Assembly: GCA_001508335.1 (NCBI GenBank)
Contig: LGFX01000003.1
Span: 75,500 to 139,499 of the forward strand
Length of the DNA stretch: 64,000 nucleotides
Origin: a candidate division TA06 bacterium 32_111
Lineage (GTDB): Bacteria > Hydrothermota > 32-111
Direction of reading: 5' to 3'
In this document: piece by piece, positions 29,741 to 38,921 of the stretch
Numbering within the stretch: position 1 is the first letter of the stretch
Layout: the number at the start of each line of letters is the position of its first letter
Translations under genes and position numbers: made by a program
The notes under the pieces: generated by a model
The model's input: the letters and a program-made list of their open reading frames with translations, nothing else
Database searches by the model: none
Told to the model about the DNA's origin: nothing

Positions 29741-30253
29741 TCACCATATATCTGTGTGAATTCTTTTCTTATCAAACCTTTCAACAGTTTGAGGATTCTC
29801 TTTTGGATATCCCAGAGAAACTATCGAGAAAGGAACAAAACCTTCTGGAATTTTTAATACATTTCTCACAATTTCAATCCTTTCATTTTTTGGATATACT
29901 CCGATCCAGCAACTTCCTATTCCATAAGCCCAAGAAGCAAGCAGAATGTTCATAGTTGCTGCTGATAGATCCTGTGAAAAGTATCCACTATCAGGTTGTT
30001 TTTTTGTATTAGCAAGAACAACTATACAAAGAGGTGCTTTTTTAAGCATTTTTGCATATGGATGGTTTTTAGCAATCTCGTTCAATTTTTCCCTATTTTT
30101 TACTATAAAAAATTCCCATGGCTGTTTGTTGTGTGCAGATGGGGCATACATTGCACTTTTTATGATTTCAAAAATTATTTTATCCTCTATATCTTTATTC
30201 TGATACTCCCTAACACTTCTTCTCGTCCTCAAAAATCTTATCAATTCTTCCAT
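29741..30253 (-). CDS. Nitroreductase family protein
   Basis: RRSVREY, APSAHNKQPW, GIGSCWIG, SLGYP. Confidence 0.93.
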   Translation of the reverse strand: MEELIRFLRTRRSVREYQNKDIEDKIIFEIIKSAMYAPSAHNKQPWEFFIVKNREKLNEIAKNHPYAKMLKKAPLCIVVLANTKKQPDSGYFSQDLSAATMNILLASWAYGIGSCWIGVYPKNERIEIVRNVLKIPEGFVPFSIVSLGYPKENPQTVERFDKKRIHTDIW

Positions 30254-30278
30254 ACCTTTCCTCCTTATAAAAATTTTC

Positions 30279-30306
30279 TTGACATCGATTTTTTAAAGTA
30301 TACAAT
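30279..30306 (+). promoter_or_regulatory. dnaA promoter
   Basis: TTGACA (30279-30284), 16 nt, TACAAT (30301-30306). Confidence 0.65.
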
Positions 30307-30335
30307 AAATTCTTAAAAAATCCAAGAATAGGAAT

Positions 30336-31679
30336 ATGAAGAATATAAATGAAAACTTTCACAGGTTGATAGCGGAAAAAGTCTCCCCTCAGGACTATGA
30401 ACTTTGGCTTTTAAACATAAAAATTACCAAAATAGATGAAAAATCTGTGACTTTCTCAGTTCCTACCGATGTTGCAAGAGATTATATTGAGGATAAATTT
30501 TTTTATGATATAGTTGAAGTAACAAGAAACCTTTTTGGAAAAGATCTTCAAATAACCCTTGTTCCAGAAAAAAGAATTGAATCTATTCCAAAAGAGTTAA
30601 ACCCTTTTAAAATTAAAAACATTGATTCATATGATAACTCTTCTCTAAACCCTCGTTACACTTTTGAAGAGTTCGTTGTTGGAAAATCTAACGAACTCTC
30701 TTACACAGCCTCTCTCTCTGTTGCTAAAAATCCTGGTAATCAGTACAACCCCCTTTTTATATACGGGAAAAGCGGGCTTGGAAAAACACACCTTTTAAAC
30801 GCTATAGGAAACTATATAAAAAAGAACGATTATAAGAAAAAGATATGTTACCTTTCAACCGAAAGATTTTTAAATGAGTATATTTTCGCCATTCAGGAGA
30901 AAAAGGTTTTAGAGTTTAGAAACAAATACAGGGATGCTGATGTTCTTCTAATAGATGATGTTCAATTTTTGAATAGAAGGGAAGGAACACAGGAAGAGAT
31001 ATTTCATACATTCAACGCTCTTTATGAATCAAATAACCAAATTGTTTTAACTTCAGATAGAGCTCCACATGAGATCCCAAACCTTGAACAGAGACTCGTA
31101 ACTAGGTTTCAATCAGGACTTGTTGTAGATATTCAACCTCCCGACTTTGAAACAAGACTCGCTATATTAAGAAGGAAGATAGAAAATGATGAAATCCAGA
31201 TCCCTGATGAAATATTGAATTATATAGCTTTGAATATAAAACACTCTGTTAGAGAATTGAACAGTGCAATACTTGGTATACTTGCAAGAGCATCTTTAAA
31301 TAAAGCAAAAATAGATATCAACCTTGCAAAAGTGGTAGTTTCAAATCTTGTTAAACCTGAAGCACAATTTGTTTCTTTAAGCAAAAAGTTTGGATCAAAA
31401 GAGATTAAAAAGATAGTTGCGGATTATTACAAAATAACAGAATCACAACTTACTGGGAAAAGAAGAACATCTTCCCTTGTTATTCCAAGACAGGTTGCTG
31501 CTTACCTTCTAAAAAAATATGGAAACCTCTCTTTAAAAGAAACAGCATCAGAACTTGGAAAGAAGGATCATTCAACTATAATACATGCGTTAAAAAAGAT
31601 TGAAGTTGAACTCAATAAAAAAGATTCGAAGATTAAAGAAGATATAGATAGTATAATAAGTTTATTAAATATTGATTAG
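30336..31679 (+). CDS. dnaA: Chromosomal replication initiator DnaA
   Basis: YNPLFIYGKSGLGKTHLL, LLIDDVQF, EEIFHTFN, DHSTIIHA. Confidence 0.99.
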   Translation: MKNINENFHRLIAEKVSPQDYELWLLNIKITKIDEKSVTFSVPTDVARDYIEDKFFYDIVEVTRNLFGKDLQITLVPEKRIESIPKELNPFKIKNIDSYDNSSLNPRYTFEEFVVGKSNELSYTASLSVAKNPGNQYNPLFIYGKSGLGKTHLLNAIGNYIKKNDYKKKICYLSTERFLNEYIFAIQEKKVLEFRNKYRDADVLLIDDVQFLNRREGTQEEIFHTFNALYESNNQIVLTSDRAPHEIPNLEQRLVTRFQSGLVVDIQPPDFETRLAILRRKIENDEIQIPDEILNYIALNIKHSVRELNSAILGILARASLNKAKIDINLAKVVVSNLVKPEAQFVSLSKKFGSKEIKKIVADYYKITESQLTGKRRTSSLVIPRQVAAYLLKKYGNLSLKETASELGKKDHSTIIHALKKIEVELNKKDSKIKEDIDSIISLLNID

Positions 31680-31869
31680 TTGTGGATAAGTTATCAACAT
31701 TTTTTTTATATAAACATTTTTATCAAAATGTTAAAAACTTTTAAACATATTTTAAACAAAAATGTTGATTTTAAATTATTTTTTTTGTATAATTTAAAAA
31801 TGTTATCAACATTGGTTTTTCTTATTAGTAATAGTGATAAATAAGAAAATATAATAATCAGGAGGATAG
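31680..31869. other. Probable chromosomal origin oriC
   Basis: Perfect DnaA box TGTGGATAA 31681-31689; TTATCAACA at 31691-31699 and 31803-31811; degenerate boxes; very AT-rich; lies between dnaA and dnaN; dnaN promoter TTGATT-17-TATAAT at 31765-31793. Confidence 0.85.
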
Positions 31870-32979
31870 ATGAAATTTAAAGTTGATAGAAACGAATTTT
31901 TAAAAAATCTTGAAATTGTCTCATCTATAGTTCCAGTTAAACCTGTTGTGACAATAATTTCAAACATAATGATAGATGTTAAAAAAGATAAGTTGATGAT
32001 GTTTTCTACAGATTTTGAAATATCTTTATTTTCTGAAGTTGAATGTTCATCTTCAGGTGAAGGTGTTTTCATTTTAAACGCAAAAACATTGGTTGATCTT
32101 ATAAGAAGGTTACCTGATGGAGAAATAAATTTCAACTATCAGAATGACAGGGTTATTATAAAAACAAAAACTGGTGAGTATAACATTCCTACTTTAAAAA
32201 AAGAAGAGTATGTTGAAATTATAAGAATTGAAAAGGAAAGGGTATTTCCTGTAGATTCACTTCCTTTAAAATCAGCAATAGAAAATACCATTTTTGCTAC
32301 ATCGAAAGATACTGTAAAAATAGCTATTACAGGAGTTCTTTTTGAAATGAACAAAAAGTCTTTAACTATGGTTGCAACGGACAGTCATAGATTAGCCTTA
32401 AACACTATAAATGAATTTTTTGAAGATAATATTTCAGGAAGTATAATAGTTCCTCCAAAATCTTTGCAGATTATAAGGGATCTTATAGATGAGAAAGATC
32501 AACTCTATATGGGATTTGATGATAAAAAGATAATGTTCAAAATTGGAAAGATAGAGATGTGGGCAAAACTCATAGATGGAACATATCCTGATTATAAAAG
32601 GGTTATCCCATACGATAACGAAAAAATAATGATAGTTAATAAAAGCGAACTTTTAACGGCATTAAACGCTGTAAATGTTTTTGTTAACGTTAACACTAAA
32701 CTTGTGAAATTCGAGATATCAAAAAACAAACTTGTTATTTTAGCTTTCCAAAATCAACAGGGTGAAGGAAAAGAGGAACTTCAAGTAAAATATGCTGAGG
32801 ATGAAACTTTAAATATTGGTTTCAACATAAACTATCTTATGGAGATTTTAAAAAGGATAGAGAGTGAAAATGTTAAGTTTAAAATGAAAGGAGAAATGTT
32901 CGCTGTCCTTATAGAGAATGAGGAGAGTAAAATAGGAGAAGAATCCTTCTATATAATAATGCCATTGAGATTAAAATAG
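31870..32979 (+). CDS. dnaN: DNA polymerase III beta clamp
   Basis: STDFEI, VATDSHRL, LIDGTYPDYKRVIP, IGFNINYL, IIMPLR. Confidence 0.98.
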   Translation: MKFKVDRNEFLKNLEIVSSIVPVKPVVTIISNIMIDVKKDKLMMFSTDFEISLFSEVECSSSGEGVFILNAKTLVDLIRRLPDGEINFNYQNDRVIIKTKTGEYNIPTLKKEEYVEIIRIEKERVFPVDSLPLKSAIENTIFATSKDTVKIAITGVLFEMNKKSLTMVATDSHRLALNTINEFFEDNISGSIIVPPKSLQIIRDLIDEKDQLYMGFDDKKIMFKIGKIEMWAKLIDGTYPDYKRVIPYDNEKIMIVNKSELLTALNAVNVFVNVNTKLVKFEISKNKLVILAFQNQQGEGKEELQVKYAEDETLNIGFNINYLMEILKRIESENVKFKMKGEMFAVLIENEESKIGEESFYIIMPLRLK

Positions 32980-33011
32980 TTTAAAAAATAAAAGTACAAA
33001 AAGAATTCCAA

Positions 33012-35138
33012 ATGGATAACCTTTACCGTAATAAAAAGAATAGAAAGAAAGTTATAAATAGATTTGTATTCTTTACTGGTCTTTTAATCTTTTCTTTCAC
33101 CTTCATTTTTACAGGGCTGATAATATCAGTTTTTATAAATTTGCAAAAAGAGTTACCATCAATGACAGATCTGATTTTGTATAATGTTCCGAGTGCAACT
33201 ATTGTTTATGATGATAACAATAACATAATCGATGAATTTTTTATAGAAAGAAGGATACCAATAAAACTTAAAGAACTTCATCCCTATACAATAAATGCTG
33301 TTATTGCACTTGAAGACCAACAGTTTAGAAAGCATTGGGGAATAAATGTTGGAAGAACGATAGTAGTCCTAATAAAAGATTTACTTATGTTCAAAAAAGC
33401 TGCTGGAGCATCTACGATAACACAACAACTTGCAAGGAACATGTTTTTAGATATGGAAAAAACATGGTCAAGAAAGATTAAGGAAGCACTGATAACTTTG
33501 AAGATTGAAAAAAATTTTTCGAAAGATGAAATTCTTGAAATGTATTTTAACCAGATAAACTATGGAAATGGTAATTATGGAATTGAGGCTGCAGCAAACT
33601 ATTATTTTGGAATATCGGCAAGGCAATTAACACTTGCTCAATCAGCAATGCTTGCACAGATTCCACAGATACCTGAAGTAAACAATCCAAAAGATAACTA
33701 TAAAAGAGCAAAAACAAGACAACTTATTTGTCTTAAAAATATGCTTAAAGAGAAGATGATCTCTAAAGCAGAGTACGAAGAAGCTGTTAACGAATCTATA
33801 GTTGTTATTCAAAATAAACACAGGAACAACTTTGCAAGATATTTTGTTGAAGAGGTTAGAAAAGAGGTTATAAAAAGGTTTGGAATGAACACTCTTTATA
33901 AGGGTGGGTTAAAGATTTATACCACTTTGAACAGTGATATGCAAAAATATGCTGAGGAAGTTTTTGAAAGTAAAATGAAATTTTATGAGAGAAAATATTC
34001 TATACAAGATACAAAAGAAGGGTATGAAGAAAAAATATCAAAAGCAAAGGATTCAACTGAAAAACCCAAAATCGATTATCTTCAGGGAGGATTTTTAGTA
34101 ATAGATAATAAAACTGGTGAAATAAAGGTTTTGATCGGCGGAAGAGATTTTTACCATTCACAGTTTAATAGAGCTTTTCAAGCAAAAAGACAACCTGGAT
34201 CGATATTCAAAATATTTTTGTTTTCCACAGCCATAGAGAATGGAATGTTCCCAGGAGATATAATAATGGATACTCCGGTTGTTCTTGATGATGGCACAGA
34301 TCAAAAATATAAACCGAGAAACTATGATGAAAATTTTTTGGGACCTATCCCTTTAAGAACAGCACTCGCATTATCCAGAAATGTTACTGCGATAAGGTTG
34401 ATAAAAAATATTGGACCGGAAACTGTAATTAAACATGCAAGAAAACTTGGAGTAAATTCTCCTCTCTTACCTGTTCTTTCTTTGGCACTTGGAAGTAACG
34501 ATGTTACACTTCTTGAAATGGTTAGAGCATTTTCAGTTTTTCCAAACAAAGGTGTATACAAAGAGACCTCTTTGATAAGATATATTGAAGATGCACAGGG
34601 AAACATAATATATACAAACGATCATCCAGAAAAAAAGGTTATGGAAGAGGATGATGCTTATATCATAACAGATATGCTTGAAAGTGTTGTCAAGGAAGGA
34701 ACGGCAGCAAGTTTGAAATATTATAAAATGAATGTTCATATTGGTGGAAAGACTGGAACAACCGATGATTATTCGAACGCATGGTTTATCGGTTTTACAA
34801 AAGATTACACGGCTGGAGTTTATGTTGGATTCGATACACCTAAAACTATAGCAAATAAAGCAACAGGTGCTGTTGTTGCACTTCCAATTTGGGCTGAGAT
34901 TATGAAACCATTTGTTTCATATAAAGATTCAACACCTTTCGATGTGCCTAAAAATATAACTTATGTTAACGTTTGTAAAGAAACTGGAATGAAAGCTGCA
35001 AAGTTTTGTAAATACACAAGGATGGAAATTTATAAGAAGGGAAAGGAACCACAAAAGATTTGTGAAAAGCATTCAACTGAGTATAAACCATCACAGAATT
35101 TTGATATATATAATGAAAATAACCAAATTGAATTTTAG
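33012..35138 (+). CDS. Class A penicillin-binding protein (PBP1A family)
   Basis: EDQQF, GASTITQQLARN, RKIKE; transpeptidase SIFK, SRN, KTGT. Confidence 0.95.
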   Translation: MDNLYRNKKNRKKVINRFVFFTGLLIFSFTFIFTGLIISVFINLQKELPSMTDLILYNVPSATIVYDDNNNIIDEFFIERRIPIKLKELHPYTINAVIALEDQQFRKHWGINVGRTIVVLIKDLLMFKKAAGASTITQQLARNMFLDMEKTWSRKIKEALITLKIEKNFSKDEILEMYFNQINYGNGNYGIEAAANYYFGISARQLTLAQSAMLAQIPQIPEVNNPKDNYKRAKTRQLICLKNMLKEKMISKAEYEEAVNESIVVIQNKHRNNFARYFVEEVRKEVIKRFGMNTLYKGGLKIYTTLNSDMQKYAEEVFESKMKFYERKYSIQDTKEGYEEKISKAKDSTEKPKIDYLQGGFLVIDNKTGEIKVLIGGRDFYHSQFNRAFQAKRQPGSIFKIFLFSTAIENGMFPGDIIMDTPVVLDDGTDQKYKPRNYDENFLGPIPLRTALALSRNVTAIRLIKNIGPETVIKHARKLGVNSPLLPVLSLALGSNDVTLLEMVRAFSVFPNKGVYKETSLIRYIEDAQGNIIYTNDHPEKKVMEEDDAYIITDMLESVVKEGTAASLKYYKMNVHIGGKTGTTDDYSNAWFIGFTKDYTAGVYVGFDTPKTIANKATGAVVALPIWAEIMKPFVSYKDSTPFDVPKNITYVNVCKETGMKAAKFCKYTRMEIYKKGKEPQKICEKHSTEYKPSQNFDIYNENNQIEF

Positions 35139-35146
35139 GAGGAAGA

Positions 35147-35782
35147 ATGAGATTTTTAGTTTTTTTTCTTATAATCTTTATCGTTATTCTTTCATTCTCC
35201 TACTTTTATTACTACAATCAAAAGTTTAAACCTGCAGTTGAAAGATACGATGAGATTGTAAAAGAGAATAAAACTTTAACAGAATACCTTAATAGGTTAA
35301 GAGAAGAAAATATTAAAAGGGATAGTCTGTTAAATGCGATAAAATCTCCAAAGAGTGAAGTAAAAAGAATAGATTCAAAAGATTTAGAAACAAGGATTCC
35401 AATACTTTCAGATGATCTTTTCAATCCTGGTGGTTACAATTTAACAAAAAATGGAAAGGGCCTTTTGAAAAAATTTTCAGAGGTTCTTTTGAAGGATGGG
35501 GATGTTGAGATAATAGTTGAAGGGCACACCGATAATGATAAAATCGGCTCTAAAATGAAAAATTTGATTCCAACAAACTGGGAACTTTCCGCTTTAAGAG
35601 CTATAAATGTTTTAAAATTTTTAAAGGATTCCTTGAAAATTAAAGATAAAAATCTTTCCGCAGTTGCTTACGGATCTTCAAGACCTGTTGCTGATAATTC
35701 AACACCTGAAGGTAAAAAACAGAATAGAAGAATAGAACTTGTTATAAAAAGACCTATAGATACGGTTGATACAGTTGAATAA
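35147..35782 (+). CDS. OmpA/MotB-domain peptidoglycan-binding membrane protein
   Basis: N-terminal TM plus coiled coil; VEGHTDN, NWELSALRA, NRRIELVI. Confidence 0.88.
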   Translation: MRFLVFFLIIFIVILSFSYFYYYNQKFKPAVERYDEIVKENKTLTEYLNRLREENIKRDSLLNAIKSPKSEVKRIDSKDLETRIPILSDDLFNPGGYNLTKNGKGLLKKFSEVLLKDGDVEIIVEGHTDNDKIGSKMKNLIPTNWELSALRAINVLKFLKDSLKIKDKNLSAVAYGSSRPVADNSTPEGKKQNRRIELVIKRPIDTVDTVE

Positions 35783-36695
35783 AACAGATAACAGTTTTGA
35801 TGGAATACACCTTTTCTCTGGTGGTCTCGACTCTCTGATATCATATTTTGTTTTAAAAGATTTAGGATTTAATCCTCTACCAATCTATTTTGAAACACCT
35901 TTCTTTTCCTCTGAAAAAGCAAAAGATATTGCAGAAAAAAATGGTATAAAACTTTCAGTTGAAAATGTTTTCAACGATTATCTTTCAATATTAAAAAAAC
36001 CTGTATACGGTTATGGGAAGAATCTAAACCCATGTATAGATTGTAAAGCCTTTATGATAAACAAAGCGATAGATATTGCTATAAAAGAGGGACTAAAATA
36101 TGTATCAACTGGAGAAGTTTTTAACCAGAGACCGATGTCCCAAACATTTCAAGGTATGAAAAAGATCGAAAAGTTGTTAAAAAGAAAAGATCTTCTCGTA
36201 AGACCTCTTTCAGGGGAGATTTTAAAAGGAAAATTAGAAACCAACACAATTTTCAAAGATAAAAAACTTTTATCAATAGAAGGTAGAAAGAGAGAGATAC
36301 AATTTAAACTTGCAAAAAAATACAATATAAAATATTTTTCCTCTCCATCAGGTGGTTGCCTTTTAACATACAAGGAGTATTCAGAGAAGATAAGAATTTT
36401 ATTAGATTCTAATATAAAAGATGAAAGGTATTTTAAAATGGTTAAACATTGTAGGCTTATAAAGTTTAATAACAGTTTGGCTTTTATAGGAAGGGATAAA
36501 GAGGATAACGAAGTTCTCATATCCCTTTCAAAAAGAGATAATGTTTACCAGATAACTGATAGAAAAGGACCTGTAGGAATATTTTTAGGTGATGATGAAA
36601 AAGATTTTCAAAACTTTTTAAAAAAGATGCTTTTTTACTCCAAACGCGACACAACCCTCCCCCACCTTATTGAAAAAATTGGGGACGGTGCTTGA
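35766..36695 (+). CDS. PP-loop tRNA sulfurtransferase-like protein (ThiI/DUF814-type)
   Basis: SGGLDS, NPCIDCK, TGEV.NQRPMSQ, PSGGCLLT, GR...DN. Confidence 0.8.
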   Translation: MIQLNKTDNSFDGIHLFSGGLDSLISYFVLKDLGFNPLPIYFETPFFSSEKAKDIAEKNGIKLSVENVFNDYLSILKKPVYGYGKNLNPCIDCKAFMINKAIDIAIKEGLKYVSTGEVFNQRPMSQTFQGMKKIEKLLKRKDLLVRPLSGEILKGKLETNTIFKDKKLLSIEGRKREIQFKLAKKYNIKYFSSPSGGCLLTYKEYSEKIRILLDSNIKDERYFKMVKHCRLIKFNNSLAFIGRDKEDNEVLISLSKRDNVYQITDRKGPVGIFLGDDEKDFQNFLKKMLFYSKRDTTLPHLIEKIGDGA

Positions 36696-36711
36696 CAGTG
36701 TGACATTTTTA
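36681..36711 (+). repeat. 31-bp dispersed repeat, copy 1
   Basis: GGGGACGGTGCTTGACAGTGTGACATTTTTA; exact reverse complement at 60321-60351. Confidence 0.95.
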
Positions 36712-37244
36712 TGGAAAAAAATCAGATTTTTCAACTAAAAAGTACTCTCAAAGAGTTTGAAAAAGAAGAGTTTTTTGAAGAGATTTTAAACTATTTAAAC
36801 ATACTTTTAAGATGGAACGAAACTGTTAATCTGATATCAAAAAAAGATGAAAATGTAATAATAGAAAGACACCTTAAAGATTCTCTTGTTGCTTTAAAGA
36901 TCGTGGAAAAAGAAAATTATAAAAATATAATCGACATAGGAAGTGGAAATGGATTTCCTGCAATACCACTATCTGTAATTTTAAAAGAAAAAATTTTTAC
37001 TCTTGTTGAAATTAAGGAAAAGAAATTTTATTTTCTTAAAGATGTAAAAGAGAGCTTGAAATTGAAAAATGTTATCTTAAAAAATGAAGATGTTAAGAAG
37101 ATAAATTTTTCTCCATTCGATCTTATACTTTCAAGAGCTTTTTTGAATGGAAAAGACTTGGAGGAGTTTTTTAAAAAGAAAAATTATAAAGGAGATATTG
37201 TTTATTGGAAAAAAATTTATCAACCGATTCTTTTGAAACTCTAA
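36711..37244 (+). CDS. rsmG: 16S rRNA m7G527 methyltransferase RsmG/GidB (short)
   Basis: WNETVNLIS, RHLKDSL, DIGSGNGFPAIPL, FDLILSRA; precedes parAB. Confidence 0.9.
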   Translation: MEKNQIFQLKSTLKEFEKEEFFEEILNYLNILLRWNETVNLISKKDENVIIERHLKDSLVALKIVEKENYKNIIDIGSGNGFPAIPLSVILKEKIFTLVEIKEKKFYFLKDVKESLKLKNVILKNEDVKKINFSPFDLILSRAFLNGKDLEEFFKKKNYKGDIVYWKKIYQPILLKL

Positions 37245-37248
37245 AAAA

Positions 37249-37264
37249 TGTTCCACGTGGAACA
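37249..37264. promoter_or_regulatory. parS centromere site
   Basis: TGTTCCACGTGGAACA, perfect match to the parS consensus, upstream of parA. Confidence 0.95.
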
Positions 37265-37280
37265 TTTTTTCTTTAACCTA

Positions 37281-37308
37281 TTGAAAATTTCAAAAATTGT
37301 GTTATAGT
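37281..37308 (+). promoter_or_regulatory. parA promoter (probably leaderless)
   Basis: TTGAAA, 16 nt, extended -10 TGtTATAGT; ATG 8 nt downstream; no SD. Confidence 0.6.
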
Positions 37309-37316
37309 TTCAAACT

Positions 37317-38105
37317 ATGACCAAAATAATTTCTATTGCAAACCAGAAGGGTGGAGTAGGAAAAACTACAACTGCCGTAAATCTTGGGGCAGCACTCGCT
37401 GTTGCTGAAAAGAAAACTCTCCTCGTTGATATAGATCCACAGGCAAATGCTACATCCTCTTTAGGTTATTATGATAACATTTTTTTGGGAAAGAGTATTT
37501 ACGATTCTCTTTTAAACAAAATTCCAGTTGAGGATATAATTGTAAAAACTGACCTTGAATATTTGGATCTTATCCCATCAGATATATCATTGGCTGCTAC
37601 AGATGTTGAGTTTGTCGATGTTGAAGAAAAGGAGAGTATGTTAAAAAGGGTTCTTTGGAGGATAAAAAATAGATATGAATATATTTTGATAGATTGTCCC
37701 CCTTCTTTACAGATTTTGACTGTCAACGCTCTTGTAGCATCAAAATCTATAATGATCCCGGTTCAGGCGGAATTTTATGCTGTTGAGGGGCTTGCAAAAC
37801 TTTTAAATACGATAAACGGTATAAGGCAATCATTAAATCCATCTCTTGAAATTGAAGGAGTTTTAATAACCATGTACGATAACAGGTTGACTCTTGCAAG
37901 GCAGGTTGCTGATGAGGTTTTAAACTATTTTAAGAGTGCCGTATATAAAACCTATATTCCAAGGAATGTAAAACTTGCAGAGGCTCCATCTTTTGGAAAA
38001 CCGATAATACTTTTTGATCCAGTTTCAACAGGTTCAAAAGCTTATTTAGAGTTAGCAAAGGAGATAATAGAAAAAGATGAAAAAAGCGTTAGGTCGAGGT
38101 CTTGA
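37317..38105 (+). CDS. parA: Chromosome partitioning ATPase ParA/Soj
   Basis: [39 protein letters not shown]. Confidence 0.97.
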   Translation: MTKIISIANQKGGVGKTTTAVNLGAALAVAEKKTLLVDIDPQANATSSLGYYDNIFLGKSIYDSLLNKIPVEDIIVKTDLEYLDLIPSDISLAATDVEFVDVEEKESMLKRVLWRIKNRYEYILIDCPPSLQILTVNALVASKSIMIPVQAEFYAVEGLAKLLNTINGIRQSLNPSLEIEGVLITMYDNRLTLARQVADEVLNYFKSAVYKTYIPRNVKLAEAPSFGKPIILFDPVSTGSKAYLELAKEIIEKDEKSVRSRS

Positions 38106-38913
38106 ATCGATTATAGCAGGGACAGAGCAGAGAGAGGTTAGAAATATCCCCATATCGAACATAAAGCCCAACCCCTTTCAGCCAAGAAAAGTTTTCAAAG
38201 ATGAGGAGTTGAAAGAACTTGCTGATTCTATTAAAGAGAATGGAGTTTTACAACCGATTACCGTCAGAAGGGTTGGGGAATATTTTGAGATAGTTACAGG
38301 TGAAAGAAGATACAGAGCTTGTAAAATGTTAGGTTTGAAAGATATTCCTGCTATAATTAAAAATATCTCTAACGATAAGATGGTTGAATGGGCTTTGATA
38401 GAGAATGTTCAAAGAGAGAATCTTAATGTTGTTGAAGAGGCTGAAGCGTATAGAGAACTTGCTGAAAAGTTCAACCTTACACATGAAGATATCTCAAAAA
38501 AGGTTGGAAAATCGAGAGCACATATAACCAACATTTTAAGAGTTCTTGAACTTGAAGATTTTATAAAGGATCTTTTGAAAAATAACAGGATAAGTTTTGG
38601 TCATGCAAAAGTTTTACTTTCAATAAAGGAACCCCTAAGAAGAAAACATTTTGCAGAAAGAATTTATAAAGAGGACCTTTCTGTAAGAGATCTTGAAAAA
38701 CTTTTATCTTCTAGAGTTGAAAAAACGGTAAAAATAAAAGAAAAGAAAAAGTCCATTCATCTTAAAGATATTGAGAGTAAACTTTCAGAAAGGTTATCAA
38801 GAAAGGTAACTGTGAAATATAAAAAAGGAAAAGGAAATATCAGTTTAGAATTTTACAACGACGATGATTTTAAAAAGTTGTTAATTTTTTTGGGTTTGAA
38901 AAATTTTGATTAG
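38077..38913 (+). CDS. parB: Chromosome partitioning protein ParB/Spo0J
   Basis: [35 protein letters not shown]. Confidence 0.97.
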   Translation: MKKALGRGLESIIAGTEQREVRNIPISNIKPNPFQPRKVFKDEELKELADSIKENGVLQPITVRRVGEYFEIVTGERRYRACKMLGLKDIPAIIKNISNDKMVEWALIENVQRENLNVVEEAEAYRELAEKFNLTHEDISKKVGKSRAHITNILRVLELEDFIKDLLKNNRISFGHAKVLLSIKEPLRRKHFAERIYKEDLSVRDLEKLLSSRVEKTVKIKEKKKSIHLKDIESKLSERLSRKVTVKYKKGKGNISLEFYNDDDFKKLLIFLGLKNFD

Positions 38914-38921
38914 GAGATAAA

